A stretch of 64,000 nucleotides of DNA from Cyanobacteria bacterium P01_A01_bin.123. Its GTDB lineage: Bacteria > Cyanobacteriota > Cyanobacteriia > Phormidesmidales > Phormidesmidaceae. The notes under the pieces are model-generated. The model had not been told where the DNA came from, ran no database searches, and saw only the letters and a program-made list of their open reading frames with translations. The position numbers were made by a program, and so were the translations under genes. This document shows, in pieces, positions 1-10,535 of this stretch; within the stretch, counting starts at the first letter, position 1, and each line of letters opens with the position of its first letter. The stretch covers positions 48,670 through 112,669 of the forward strand of contig JBCBZT010000024.1 in the NCBI GenBank assembly GCA_039815185.1, written 5' to 3'.

Positions 1-94
1 TCTGCTATCAATATGCTCCATGCTCCATAGAATGTAATAATACCAATGGAAAGTCTGCAAACTTCTTTGACAAAGACTCATTTTTGCCTAAATT

Positions 95-637
95 ATGACT
101 CAAGCCTCTGGAAATCCTGATGTCCCTAATCTGGGTCGTCGCCAATTTATGAATTTGCTCACCTTTGGCTCGATTACGGGCACGGCTTTAGGTGCGCTTT
201 ATCCCGTGGTGAAATATTTTCTTCCCCCATCTAGCGGCAGTGCTGGCGGTGGCGTTAGTGCTAAGGACGCTTTGGGGAATGCCGTTAAGGCCGAAGATTT
301 TTTGAGCAACAACGGTCCTGGCTCACGGACATTGGCCCAGGGGTTGAAGGGAGATCCCACCTATTTAGTGGTGACTGAAACGGGCACGCTTGAAAATTAT
401 GGCATCAACTCGGTGTGTACCCACCTCGGGTGTGTGGTGCCCTGGAATGCCAACGAAAGCAAGTTTATTTGTCCTTGCCATGGCTCCCAGTACGATGCGA
501 CGGGTAAAGTCGTTCGAGGACCAGCACCTTTGTCTTTGGCTTTGGCTCATACCGAGGTTAGCGACGATGGCACCGTCATCCTCAGCCCCTGGACCGAGAC
601 CGATTTTCGTACGGGCGAAAACCCTTGGTGGGCCTAG
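95..637 (+). CDS. petC: Cytochrome b6f Rieske iron-sulfur subunit
   Basis: Tat-like RRQFMN N-terminus; Rieske boxes CTHLGC and CPCHGS; directly upstream of petA. Confidence 0.98.
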   Translation: MTQASGNPDVPNLGRRQFMNLLTFGSITGTALGALYPVVKYFLPPSSGSAGGGVSAKDALGNAVKAEDFLSNNGPGSRTLAQGLKGDPTYLVVTETGTLENYGINSVCTHLGCVVPWNANESKFICPCHGSQYDATGKVVRGPAPLSLALAHTEVSDDGTVILSPWTETDFRTGENPWWA

Positions 638-732
638 GGTAGACAGCCTTAAACGGGTGGAGTGCTAAATTCTACGGCCGCTCCTAAACCGTTCGATATT
701 TTCCATTTGATCATTATTTCTTTGTTGGCTAC

Positions 733-1719
733 GTGCGACTCATGAAGACTCAATCCTCAATCGCGTCGGTAGTTAAATGGCTGCGCAAAGGTCTGTTGCT
801 GGCGATCGTAGCGATCGCTGTTTTGTTTGCAAGTAACTTAGCCTTTCCTCAGTCTGCTGCTGCCTATCCCTTTTGGGCTCAAGAAAACTATGAAAGCCCC
901 CGTGAAGCGACGGGCAAAATTGTGTGTGCTAACTGTCACTTGGGGGCTATGCCTACGGAAGTGGAAGTACCCCAAGCAGTTTTGCCTGACAGCGTCTTCA
1001 AGGCCGTGGTGAAGGTGCCCTATGACTTAGAGACTCAGCAGGTGTTAGGTGACGGCAGTAAGGGTGGCCTCAATGTGGGTGCAGTTCTCATGCTGCCCGA
1101 AGGGTTTAAGATTGCTCCCCCGGATCGCATTTCTGAAGAATTACAAGAAGAAGTGGGTAGCACCTACTTCTTGCCCTATAGCGCAGACCAAGAAAATATT
1201 GTGTTGGTTGGCCCCGTACCGGGTGAGCAGTACCAAGAAATCGTATTTCCAGTACTCTCCCCTGATCCGGCAGCAGATAAATCTATCAGCTTTGGCAAAT
1301 ATTCCGTACATGTGGGCGGCAACCGGGGGCGCGGTCAGGTGTACCCCACTGGCCAGGCCAGCAACAATGCGGTCTATAACTCAGATGCTTCCGGTACGAT
1401 TACTAACATTGCTCAATCTGATGGTGGTGGCTATGCGGTCACCGTTCAGTTAGAAGCGGGTGACACTGTGGTGACTCAGGTCCCCGTTGGCCCCGAGTTG
1501 ATCGTGGCGGAAGGCGATACAGTAACCAAGGGAGCACCCCTAACATCGAACCCAAATATGGGTGGTTTTGGCCAAGTGGAGACCGAGATTGTTCTACAAA
1601 GCCCTAATCGAATTAAAGGTTTAGTTGCCTTCTTGGCGGCTGTGGTCATTTCCCAAATCATGCTGGTCTTGAAGAAGAAGCAGGTTGAAAAGGTGCAAGC
1701 TGCCGAGATGACTTTTTAA
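733..1719 (+). CDS. petA: Apocytochrome f
   Basis: Mature N-terminus YPFWAQ, heme motif CANCH, C-terminal anchor [15 protein letters not shown]; start may be the ATG at 742. Confidence 0.98.
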   Translation: MRLMKTQSSIASVVKWLRKGLLLAIVAIAVLFASNLAFPQSAAAYPFWAQENYESPREATGKIVCANCHLGAMPTEVEVPQAVLPDSVFKAVVKVPYDLETQQVLGDGSKGGLNVGAVLMLPEGFKIAPPDRISEELQEEVGSTYFLPYSADQENIVLVGPVPGEQYQEIVFPVLSPDPAADKSISFGKYSVHVGGNRGRGQVYPTGQASNNAVYNSDASGTITNIAQSDGGGYAVTVQLEAGDTVVTQVPVGPELIVAEGDTVTKGAPLTSNPNMGGFGQVETEIVLQSPNRIKGLVAFLAAVVISQIMLVLKKKQVEKVQAAEMTF

Positions 1720-1769
1720 GTTTGGCAGATATTCAAGGTGGTTACGACGCCAACCTTGACAACATTCTG

Positions 1770-1795
1770 AAAAGGGTGACAATTGTCACCCTTTT
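1770..1795. terminator. Bidirectional intrinsic terminator
   Basis: Perfect palindrome AAAAGGGTGACAATTGTCACCCTTTT between convergent petA and the Cache-HAMP gene. Confidence 0.8.
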
Positions 1796-1804
1796 TTATG
1801 GCGT

Positions 1805-3088
1805 TTATGCACTGCCTTTCGGTTTACGCAGTTCTTTAGCTTTGCGACGTAACTCTCGGAAGTAGTCAGTTTCAGTAATTTCAGCGACTTGACGCGTCTT
1901 TTTAGCCTGATCAATTTCAATTCTCAACTCGGCGACTTGCCGTTTTAACTTTTGTTCTCTGGCGTAGACTTGCTCTGCCATGGTTTGAAAGACACTGGCT
2001 AGTCGCCCCAGTTCATCAAATCGCCGTTTAACGATTTCTATGGCCGGTGAATGGGTTGCTTCGTACTCACCCGCTTCGATGGCTACAGCCACATCAGTCA
2101 AATCTAGGACAGGCTTAGCAATTTGACGAGCCAGCAAATATATCATCACCAGCATGAGTCCGACAGTCCCTAAGCCAATCAGCAAAATTCCGTGGGCGAG
2201 TCGCACCGCAGGGCGAAAGGCTTCCTGTTGAGAAATTTCTGCAAGCAGGGCTAGGTTACTGCCGCTAAGCCAGCGATAGACCCCAATCACGGGCACATTG
2301 TCATAGTTGATGTAGAGATCTGCCCCCGTGCGTCCTTGAATGGCCGTATTAATGCCTTGGCTAGACATGCCTTGGATAAATTGGCCCGCTTCGGCATTGT
2401 CGCTGGCGATAAACTGATTGCGTCCAGAAAGCTGTTTGACCAGGTACGTCTCTCCCGTCTCGCCTAAACCGGTGCGATCGCGAATAAAACTATCAATCGC
2501 CTGCAAATCTAGCGTCAACGCCAAAACGGCAATTCGTTGACCAGTGTTGTCATCGATGGGAGTAGCAAAGGTAATCGTGGGTTCCCCTGTGAGCGAAGAA
2601 ATATAAATATTGGGGACAACGTTGGTTTCTTGCCCCGGCTCAAAATAAGTCGTGTTGTTGCCTAAGCCTTGATAGGTACCTTCTTGGGATTGGTCGGTAG
2701 AGAGCAATACGATGCCGCCATTAGTCAAAATTGAAATTTCTTGAACGTCGGATTTGATATTTAAGAATATTTCAAAGTAGTCACTCAAGAACTGAGCATC
2801 TTGGCTGATGTCTAAAGTCCCTGGATCGCTAGCTAATCCATTGATACGGGTAATCACTTCCGGTGACTGTGCCAGCAACATCGCATCTCTGCGCTGACTA
2901 GTAAACCATTGATTGAGTTCATATTCTTTCAAAGATGCGGCAACCTCGAGGCGATCAAAAATTGAGGCTTGTAAGGCGTCTTTGGCCCGACCGTAGGCCG
3001 TAAATGCCACAAGCCCAACGGTCACTATCGACAATATGGAAAACGTGCCGACGAGCTTTAGGAGGAGACTTTTTCGGAGCAATTTCAT
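1805..3088 (-). CDS. Cache + HAMP membrane sensor without kinase or cyclase output
   Basis: TM - periplasmic Cache (GETGETYLV, PVIGVYRW) - TM - HAMP (DELGRLASVFQTM); ends in short coil QVAEITETDYF. Confidence 0.8.
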   Translation of the reverse strand: MKLLRKSLLLKLVGTFSILSIVTVGLVAFTAYGRAKDALQASIFDRLEVAASLKEYELNQWFTSQRRDAMLLAQSPEVITRINGLASDPGTLDISQDAQFLSDYFEIFLNIKSDVQEISILTNGGIVLLSTDQSQEGTYQGLGNNTTYFEPGQETNVVPNIYISSLTGEPTITFATPIDDNTGQRIAVLALTLDLQAIDSFIRDRTGLGETGETYLVKQLSGRNQFIASDNAEAGQFIQGMSSQGINTAIQGRTGADLYINYDNVPVIGVYRWLSGSNLALLAEISQQEAFRPAVRLAHGILLIGLGTVGLMLVMIYLLARQIAKPVLDLTDVAVAIEAGEYEATHSPAIEIVKRRFDELGRLASVFQTMAEQVYAREQKLKRQVAELRIEIDQAKKTRQVAEITETDYFRELRRKAKELRKPKGSA

Positions 3089-3127
3089 CGCTGAGGACTC
3101 TAAAGATGGGTTGGCACAAGGGAGAAC

Positions 3128-4873
3128 TTAGCGGTCAGACTGCTTGAGGGATTCACTAAGGTCGCGATTGTTAGTTTCTGGATTGAGCTGAGGGATGGGC
3201 AATCGATTTTGGGCGCGGCGGCGGATGCCCCATAGCAGCAATGACCCCACCCCGGTGAAGGCCACGCCTCCGAAAAAGATGGCTTTGGCCAATTGACGGG
3301 CAGGGTTAAACACTTCCGCTTGATTGATCTCAGCTAATAGCGCCAGGTTCTGATCGCCGACCCAGCGATAAACACCAATCACAGGGGTCTTGGCGTAGTT
3401 TAGATAAAGCCCTTCTCCCTCTTGGCGGTTAATGGCGTTATCAATACCCCGGCTCGAAACCCCAGTTTGAAACTGTACGTCAATGTCTTGTCGCTTTGAG
3501 ACAAATTCGCTTTTGATCAGCGAAGATCGTCCCACCAAGTAGGTTTCGCCAGTGTCACCTAAGTAGTTGCGATCGCCCTCGCTCAAGTTAATGGGTTGGC
3601 GGATGCGTTCATCTAAGTCAGTGAGGTTTAAATCGACTGCGAGTACTCCAATCCGCTGTCCGGTTTCATCCACAACCGGGGTGGCAAGAGTAATCAACAG
3701 CTCGTTCGTTAGGGGCGACACGTACAGGTTGGGTTCAACCCGATCGACCTGATCGGCAGTGAAGTAAGTTGTGGTATTTTGCAGCGGTTGATATTGCCCC
3801 ACTCGTCTATCGTCGGCAGAGAAAACCACAATGCCGCCGTTCGTCAGTAGGGCGATGTCCTGTTGACCAGGTGCTTTTGTCTGGAGTTCGGCAACATATT
3901 GGCTGATAGCACTGTAGGCTGTTGCCTGAACGTCGCTGCTACCTGCCTGCTGTAGCAAGATTTTGAGATCGGGTAACAGCGCTGGATCAACGGCGGTATC
4001 TAAAACGGCATTGGTTTGTCGATCAAACCAAGTCGTTAACTCGCTTTGCTTTAGGTCAGCAGCTCGCCCCAGTTGCTCAACGCTAGGGCCAATTAATGAT
4101 GTTCGCACGGTGACATACACCCCAAAGGAGACCACGCTCGCGACCAATAGCCCTGCTAAGGGGAAGTAGCTAATCCAGGGCCCAGATTTTGCGTCATTGC
4201 TCTCTGGGACTTTGGGATTGGGGGTAACGGATTGCGATCGCGCCTTAATCAATTCTCGAACCCGCTGTTTGAGATAGAAATAGCCGCCGCCCAAAAGCGG
4301 AACAGCGGGCATCAACAGCAACCACAACGCGGAAGGCGGATTAGTGTCTTGACCCGGTAGCAACAAGGGTTGTTGACCAAACGAGGTTGGTATCCAAACG
4401 ACGGCTTGGCCAAACAGGGCAGTCGTTGAAGGTAGGGATAAGGGTTGTCCCGGAACTAACTGTTGCCAGGTTTTTGCCCCAACGATGCCATCGACCTCTA
4501 AGTTTTGATCTTCCTGAAACGCTTCTACGGCTGTCAGAGTAGCAGGGCCAAAAATACCATCCACAGTGTCCAAATCATACCCTTGGATTTGTAACTGCTG
4601 CTGCAACCGCTCGACTGCTTCACCGCGTTGACCTAGGGTCAGGATTGGGGTAGGCGTAATCTGCGCATTCTGATCACCTTGGCGGTTTCGGTCACTCGGA
4701 GGGCGATTGGCTTGCGTAACTACAGATGCTGCCACGGGCACAGGTGAAATTTCCGCCGCGATCGCTCGATTAAGGCCATCCTGTACCCAGGAGCTACCGC
4801 CCCAACAGCTTGCCAGGGTCAGCGTTAGGCCTACGGTTTTGAGTATGCGGTGTACTGGAAACGAATGCCCCAT
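3128..4873 (-). CDS. Peptidoglycan-binding + Cache domain membrane protein
   Basis: PG_binding_1 motif (VDGIFGPATLTAVEAFQ...VDGIVGAKTW), TM helices, Cache domain paralogous to 1805..3088. Confidence 0.8.
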   Translation of the reverse strand: MGHSFPVHRILKTVGLTLTLASCWGGSSWVQDGLNRAIAAEISPVPVAASVVTQANRPPSDRNRQGDQNAQITPTPILTLGQRGEAVERLQQQLQIQGYDLDTVDGIFGPATLTAVEAFQEDQNLEVDGIVGAKTWQQLVPGQPLSLPSTTALFGQAVVWIPTSFGQQPLLLPGQDTNPPSALWLLLMPAVPLLGGGYFYLKQRVRELIKARSQSVTPNPKVPESNDAKSGPWISYFPLAGLLVASVVSFGVYVTVRTSLIGPSVEQLGRAADLKQSELTTWFDRQTNAVLDTAVDPALLPDLKILLQQAGSSDVQATAYSAISQYVAELQTKAPGQQDIALLTNGGIVVFSADDRRVGQYQPLQNTTTYFTADQVDRVEPNLYVSPLTNELLITLATPVVDETGQRIGVLAVDLNLTDLDERIRQPINLSEGDRNYLGDTGETYLVGRSSLIKSEFVSKRQDIDVQFQTGVSSRGIDNAINRQEGEGLYLNYAKTPVIGVYRWVGDQNLALLAEINQAEVFNPARQLAKAIFFGGVAFTGVGSLLLWGIRRRAQNRLPIPQLNPETNNRDLSESLKQSDR

Positions 4874-4876
4874 GCC

Positions 4877-6265
4877 CTAATTCCATTCAGCAAAAATGCG
4901 CTTAATATCTGCGATCGCCGTGTCTGCTGCCTCCTCTGGGGGCAAGTTTTGGGTGACGATATCGTGGACTGCTTTGCCCCAAACATTATTAGCTTGAACT
5001 TGGCTGTAAGCCGGGTTCAATACGGTATACAAGGGGCGGGTCAACTCAAACTGCTGACTTGCCACCAAGACATGGGGATCACTCTCGTCTGTCCAAAATG
5101 GGCGCTCTAACAAATCAGGCATTACTGGGAAAAATCGCCCCTGGGCGCCCTCAATATAGCTGGCTAAAACATCCGGTTGAGTCAAATAGCGAATCAGGTC
5201 TTTCGCCTGCTCAGGCTGATCGGAATCTTCCAGCACAACGACTTGTTTCGTGGAGGTGACATAGCGCATGGGTTCGCCACTGGGTTTATTCGGCCAGAGT
5301 ACCGTCGCCATCTGCTCCTTGTAGGTCACCTCGTCCTGCCGCTGAGACCCTGGAATCGACATAGTGGCATTCGCCGTCATTAGGGTTAATCGACTCAAAA
5401 ATGTCACGTTATTGTCAGGATCGCCCCAATCAATAGCATTCTCAGGTACATAACCCGAGCGATAAAAGTTGGTGTAGTCTGCCAATGCCCGAATAATCCC
5501 CTCGCGCACGCCTGGATCATCTAAGCGTAATTGTCCGTTGCTGTCGAGCAACTCAACGTCATAAGCTTCTAAAAACTGCTCAAACAAATAAGTCGTGTCG
5601 GTTGCTGCCACTGACATCGGCAGACCGACGGCATAAATTGAATCGTTGCCCGTCTTTTGTCTCACCCCTGCCTGGGCCTGAGTCCAAACCTGCCAGAAGT
5701 TATCCCACACCATAGGAATCGAATTATCATCAACTCCGGCATCAGCCAATAGGGGTTTCCAGTAATGAATATGGGTAGTTTGCTGAGACAGTGGCACCGC
5801 ATAGAAGCTGCGATTGCCAGCCTGATTGTTTTGATAGTTGACACTTTCCAAGGCCTCAGGCGTGTAGAGGTCTTGAATCGGTTCAATCACATCGGAGACA
5901 TCCGCCAACTTGCCTTGCCATGCCAAAAGGGGGATAACGTCAAAGGCAATACTGTAGCCGTAGAGCACATCTGGGGGGTTACCGGCTTCAATGGCGCTTT
6001 GGCTTTGCTGAATTAAATCTTTTTCACTGTAGAAAACCAAATTGGCCTCAATGTTATTCTCAGCAGACCAATCATCAACTGCCTGGCGAATGGCTTCTGT
6101 TTCTTCGGGGTAATAGCCCTCGCTCCACCAAATCTCTAACGCCGAATCTGCCCCGGTAGTTGGATCACCACCTGCAGACAGCTGATTGCAGGCAGTTAGT
6201 CCGCTGAAACTAACTAAGACAGGTAGCGCTAGCGGCAATAAGTTACGACGCATAGTGATAATCAT
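4877..6265 (-). CDS. ABC-type (SBP_bac_1-like) extracellular solute-binding lipoprotein
   Basis: Lipobox LTAC; WWSEGYYPEE, AGNPPDV and FYAVPL motifs typical of carbohydrate-class SBPs. Confidence 0.85.
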   Translation of the reverse strand: MIITMRRNLLPLALPVLVSFSGLTACNQLSAGGDPTTGADSALEIWWSEGYYPEETEAIRQAVDDWSAENNIEANLVFYSEKDLIQQSQSAIEAGNPPDVLYGYSIAFDVIPLLAWQGKLADVSDVIEPIQDLYTPEALESVNYQNNQAGNRSFYAVPLSQQTTHIHYWKPLLADAGVDDNSIPMVWDNFWQVWTQAQAGVRQKTGNDSIYAVGLPMSVAATDTTYLFEQFLEAYDVELLDSNGQLRLDDPGVREGIIRALADYTNFYRSGYVPENAIDWGDPDNNVTFLSRLTLMTANATMSIPGSQRQDEVTYKEQMATVLWPNKPSGEPMRYVTSTKQVVVLEDSDQPEQAKDLIRYLTQPDVLASYIEGAQGRFFPVMPDLLERPFWTDESDPHVLVASQQFELTRPLYTVLNPAYSQVQANNVWGKAVHDIVTQNLPPEEAADTAIADIKRIFAEWN

Positions 6266-6452
6266 AAGCTTGGCATGTGGACTCTCTCTTACTTATCAAA
6301 CCCGCTTTTACTAAGAAACTCCCAAGTCCGCAACAGAGATTGAGAATTGACAGGCATATTTTCCAACCTAACCTCTATCCGGCTCTAGTACGATCAGACT
6401 TGAGTCGAGAAAATGTTCGGCGTAACCCGAACACCAGATGGAACCTTTGGGA

Positions 6453-7454
6453 CTACCAAGTGCAAAATCCCCAAAGCCAGAGGGGCAACATCAGCAACAA
6501 GACCACAGAACTTAACCCCACAGATGTCACCGCCAGATCCCGATCGAGGTGATAGGTTTCAGAAAGCACCAGGGTTGCAAAGGCGCAAGGCATGCCCGAC
6601 TGCAACACCATGACCAATCTAGCTGGCCCCTCAATGCCAATTGCCGTTAGCGTCATCCCCACCACTAGGGGAATCAAGAACATCTTAATGCCTACAGCTA
6701 TAGACGCAGGCTTCAGATTACCCCAAGATGTGAGTTGCTGCAGACGCATGCCCATGAGTGCTAACGCCAACATCACCATTAACCAAGCAAAGCCATTGAG
6801 AACAATATCAAGCAGTTCGGGAAAGACAACCGGACGCAGGGCTAACCCTGTAAAAAACGCTAAAATCGTCGGGTTTTTGACGACTTCTGTTAAGGCTGTG
6901 AGGCGCTGTCGGTTAGGCGGGCGCGATTGATCATCTCTCCCCGGTGTTTTGGTGCCAAATTGGGCGGCTAGAATCACCCCGAGGACATATGCTCCCAACA
7001 GTGTTCCCAACACGTCATAAAACAATGCCCAACCAAAGTAGTCGGGGCCTAGTTGGGGCAGTAATAACACAACAGGGAACCCGATGTAGCCCGTGTTGCC
7101 AAACATTGAACTGAGGGAAAAACTACCTTGAGAGGGTTGGGGCCACGCTCGGCGGTAGGGACGCACCCACAGACGACTGCATAGCAGGGCTAACAAGATA
7201 GCCGACCAAGCAACAAGCGGGGCCATGAGTACAGAGCCTGATAAATCCGCTCGATGTAAAAAATTGACAATGCTCAGTGGCACCCCGATCAAGAACAAAA
7301 ATTTGCCCAGGTAGGTGGGAATGTCACGGTTGAGTTGGCGTTTAAAGCGGCGCTTGAAGAGGGGTAAGCCCAGAAAATAGCTAATCCCTGCGCCAATGAT
7401 CACGGCAGTGCAGATGGGTAGATAGAGTTGAAATAGAAAGATAAGCGGATTCAC
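6453..7454 (-). CDS. AEC family (auxin efflux carrier / malate permease) transporter
   Basis: About 10 TM helices; GNTGYIGFP, KNPTILAF and QSGMPCA motifs; GTG start at 7454 preferred over 7493. Confidence 0.9.
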   Translation of the reverse strand: MNPLIFLFQLYLPICTAVIIGAGISYFLGLPLFKRRFKRQLNRDIPTYLGKFLFLIGVPLSIVNFLHRADLSGSVLMAPLVAWSAILLALLCSRLWVRPYRRAWPQPSQGSFSLSSMFGNTGYIGFPVVLLLPQLGPDYFGWALFYDVLGTLLGAYVLGVILAAQFGTKTPGRDDQSRPPNRQRLTALTEVVKNPTILAFFTGLALRPVVFPELLDIVLNGFAWLMVMLALALMGMRLQQLTSWGNLKPASIAVGIKMFLIPLVVGMTLTAIGIEGPARLVMVLQSGMPCAFATLVLSETYHLDRDLAVTSVGLSSVVLLLMLPLWLWGFCTW

Positions 7455-7626
7455 GCCTTTAACACCCTTTAGGAAAATAAACCTTGGCCACATCCAGACC
7501 GCTAGCTTGCTTGAGCGAAAAGCTTAAGCGTTTTTCCTCAAGCTAAGAACTCCAAGTTTCAAATCGGATATGGTTTAGCGGCAAAACAATACAAACAACA
7601 ATAATCGGAACCGACTCCCTTACTCC

Positions 7627-9900
7627 TTACTTTGCCCAAACCTCAGGTTGCAATCCGGATCTTTGCAAAATTAGGGGTGCCGTTAAAAAACCGGTGTTTA
7701 ATTGAGTTTTGGGTTTATGCCAGTGGCCATAGGCGATCGCGACCTCGACTGCATATTGGGGTGCACGGTGGGCTAGATCCACAGGCACGATGCCCAGAAT
7801 ACCAACGGGCAGCGGCGTTTTGTCCAGGCTGGGTCTTAGGTGGATGGGTAGATGTTGACTCAAGTCAGGGTCGAGGGTTTGGAGATAGTGGGTCACGGCT
7901 GGATTGTCAGTGGCCACCAGCCAGGTGCCAAAGCAACGGCAGATTTTGAGCAGTCGCAGGGTGCGTTGTCCCCCCTCACCTAGCCCTTCGTGCTGGCTGT
8001 AGAGGTTGAGCGCTTGGTGTACGGCTTGCTTAACTGACGAAAACTGGCGCTGCTGGTATAGCGTTTGGTAGATCTGATTCAGCGTTTTAGCCAAGGGGGT
8101 AAAGCCTTGGCGATCGCGTTCGAGTTTTTCTAAAAGCAGGGGTAGCACGATCGGGTCTGCGACACCCCGTTGCTGCAAGCGTTCACCCTGACAGGTCAGG
8201 TCATAAAGTTCTGAGAGCAGCTGATCCGATTGGCTAATGATGATTAAATGTTGCTGCCAACGTTGCAAGATGCGATCGCGAGCGGTATTTAAGATGTGCT
8301 TAGCGTCACTCAAGGCAGTGGCTTGGCTCAGGCGTTTCGCCACTGGGTCAAGTTCGGTTGCCACAATCTGACCCAGCACATCCATGTGAGCTTTAGTGCC
8401 TTCATTGCCAATCCCTGAGTTGTTCTTGGGCTCTGAGCAGCGGTTAAACATAACTGCCACACAATCAGTTTCGGGTGTAGTCAGTAGGGGTTGGCTAGCA
8501 CTGTGCCAATCGCATAGGTACTGAAGCGTTCGTGCCCCAGCCAGAATATCGGTTCCTTTATGGGGGGCCACGTCGTGGATCACCAGGTCAAATGGCTCAG
8601 GGGTATTGACTGTAAAGGCGTGTTTCCAGTCCGTCGCGATTTGGTGGCGGGATGCTTCACTTTGGCCGAAGGCGGTCGCCCAAATTTGATTGGATCCTTG
8701 AGCGATCGCAGAAAACCCATAGGGTTCGACCAAAGCTAAGCTATCTCGTCGGGTCAACATGGCATATCGAATACTGCTGGCTGTTCTTTCAAGCTGGGCC
8801 ACAAATGGACTGGCCCCATCCCCGACGCGAGTGTGGTCGTGGAGTAAGACCTGGGTGCTATGGCTACGGCGAATTTCGTCCAAGCTGGCAATCCCAACGG
8901 CTAGCATTTTGTTAATGCCCCCGCTGCCATAGCGCCCCTCGTAAGGATGAATCTTGGTATCCCCAGCAACCACGGTCAAATGATTTTGAAACAGTAACTT
9001 GGGTACCTGGATGGTGTAATGGCGACCCCAGCGCACCCCAAAACAAGCATCGGTCTGAGGCATCAACGCTAGGGAGAGATCAACCGTTTGAGCCGCAGCG
9101 GATTCACAGCGTAGGGTACAACGACTCTCAGGTGCAAGGGTTTGGCGGAGTTGTTCAAGATGGTCTGAGGTCACACATCTGCGATCGAGGCTCAACTTCC
9201 AGCGGCGTTGGCCCATGTGCTTATCCAATTGGATTAATAGCGCAGCCACTAGGTCTAGGTGTGTGTCCAGTAAGGTCGGGGCAATATGGATAAATAAGCG
9301 TGGTGCAGCGGGCATCGTATCGGTTAGCCCACTGTGTTGCAATAGTGGGGGGATACGAGCCACATCAGATTTGGTTTTTACGATTGCCGGGACTGTTTGA
9401 GCAAAATCCCAAATAGTGACGCGGGAGAGCTCAGTTGTAATCGCTTTGGTACTTTGCTGGTAAATCTCGAACCCAGCGGCTTCGACTTGCAGATAGCGGT
9501 CAGGGCCAATCAACCGTTCAATTTCTTCGGCAGTCATAAACGGGTGTGTTCCCAAGCCATAAAGCAGTGTGATGTCTAAGTTTGGGTTTTGTTGCTTCAA
9601 TTGCAACCCGGCATCGATTAGGGTTTGGGCTGCTACCTGGGTACGCGTTTTATCCGGCAAAACAAACAACAGCCGGTTTGCGATGACTTGTTTAACCGCG
9701 ATCGCCTGACTGAGGGCCTGGTTCAAATCTTGGATACACTGCTGCAAAGCCAGCTCTCGGGGGATGGGTTGACCCGGAAGCGTGTTAGGGGTAAAAACAT
9801 GGTGCTTGGGGGGTAGCTGCAGCGTTTCTTCAGGGAAACTTTTCAGCTCAACCGAGCTCAGTCGGCTATTTTTCACCGTTGTTCTCGCTTGGATGGGCAT
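7627..9900 (-). CDS. Lactate racemase (LarA / DUF2088) domain protein
   Basis: PDKTR, GLGTH, HPYEG..SGG.NKML and RRSH motifs match the LarA catalytic/cofactor-binding segments; long insertions. Confidence 0.75.
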   Translation of the reverse strand: MPIQARTTVKNSRLSSVELKSFPEETLQLPPKHHVFTPNTLPGQPIPRELALQQCIQDLNQALSQAIAVKQVIANRLLFVLPDKTRTQVAAQTLIDAGLQLKQQNPNLDITLLYGLGTHPFMTAEEIERLIGPDRYLQVEAAGFEIYQQSTKAITTELSRVTIWDFAQTVPAIVKTKSDVARIPPLLQHSGLTDTMPAAPRLFIHIAPTLLDTHLDLVAALLIQLDKHMGQRRWKLSLDRRCVTSDHLEQLRQTLAPESRCTLRCESAAAQTVDLSLALMPQTDACFGVRWGRHYTIQVPKLLFQNHLTVVAGDTKIHPYEGRYGSGGINKMLAVGIASLDEIRRSHSTQVLLHDHTRVGDGASPFVAQLERTASSIRYAMLTRRDSLALVEPYGFSAIAQGSNQIWATAFGQSEASRHQIATDWKHAFTVNTPEPFDLVIHDVAPHKGTDILAGARTLQYLCDWHSASQPLLTTPETDCVAVMFNRCSEPKNNSGIGNEGTKAHMDVLGQIVATELDPVAKRLSQATALSDAKHILNTARDRILQRWQQHLIIISQSDQLLSELYDLTCQGERLQQRGVADPIVLPLLLEKLERDRQGFTPLAKTLNQIYQTLYQQRQFSSVKQAVHQALNLYSQHEGLGEGGQRTLRLLKICRCFGTWLVATDNPAVTHYLQTLDPDLSQHLPIHLRPSLDKTPLPVGILGIVPVDLAHRAPQYAVEVAIAYGHWHKPKTQLNTGFLTAPLILQRSGLQPEVWAK

Positions 9901-10279
9901 GAAATTAAAATGACGGGATTAGTCTATGCTTTGAGCGGCGGCAACTCTATAGCGAGGCCAGCCGCCGTAACTCGCTTCATCAGTGTGCCCAACTTTAATG
10001 CAATTGGGTCAAACCAGGATGAGATGCTTATTTCAGCAAATATGATTCTTGAAGGCATGATAAAGCCCGTAGGCTTAAAGTACTGTTGCAAGCGTTTTTG
10101 GAGGTCAGCGTTACAGAAAGGGGCATAGCGATCTTTGGCTGCATAGCGACTTATCAAAAAGAATCAAGGGTTTCAGCACCTTATCATTCCAAAACCGTCC
10201 AGCTCGTTGTGACAAAACGAGGCTTGTTTGAGTTGTTACCACTATCGCAGAAATGCACGGTAGAAGAAATCCTGAAAAG

Positions 10280-10306
10280 TTCAGGTTTATTCAGGTTTGT
10301 TCAGGT
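10280..10306. promoter_or_regulatory. Triple direct repeat, candidate transcription-factor site
   Basis: TTCAGGT three times at 10-bp spacing in a divergent intergenic region. Confidence 0.45.
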
Positions 10307-10535
10307 CAATATTCCGGATAGTGCTTGGCAAGTATCGATTTATTGATACCCCAAATGGTGGGGTCAAACTTTACGCAGCTATTGTCTAGCCTGTGCGTCT
10401 CAAGTCCCCTACATGGCTAGAATCAATCTTGCTGTGGTTGATTCAGCCGGGGGTTGGGATTGGGGTGTACGATTGCCTTATCTACAATTTGTAGTGGGTT
10501 GTGTAGAGTTGGTCGACGGAACGTCGGCATATGCT

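Noticed and set aside
9924..10157. 77-aa ORF upstream of the LarA-like gene
   Set aside because: TTG start, no recognisable motif, competing antisense ORFs; cannot be supported
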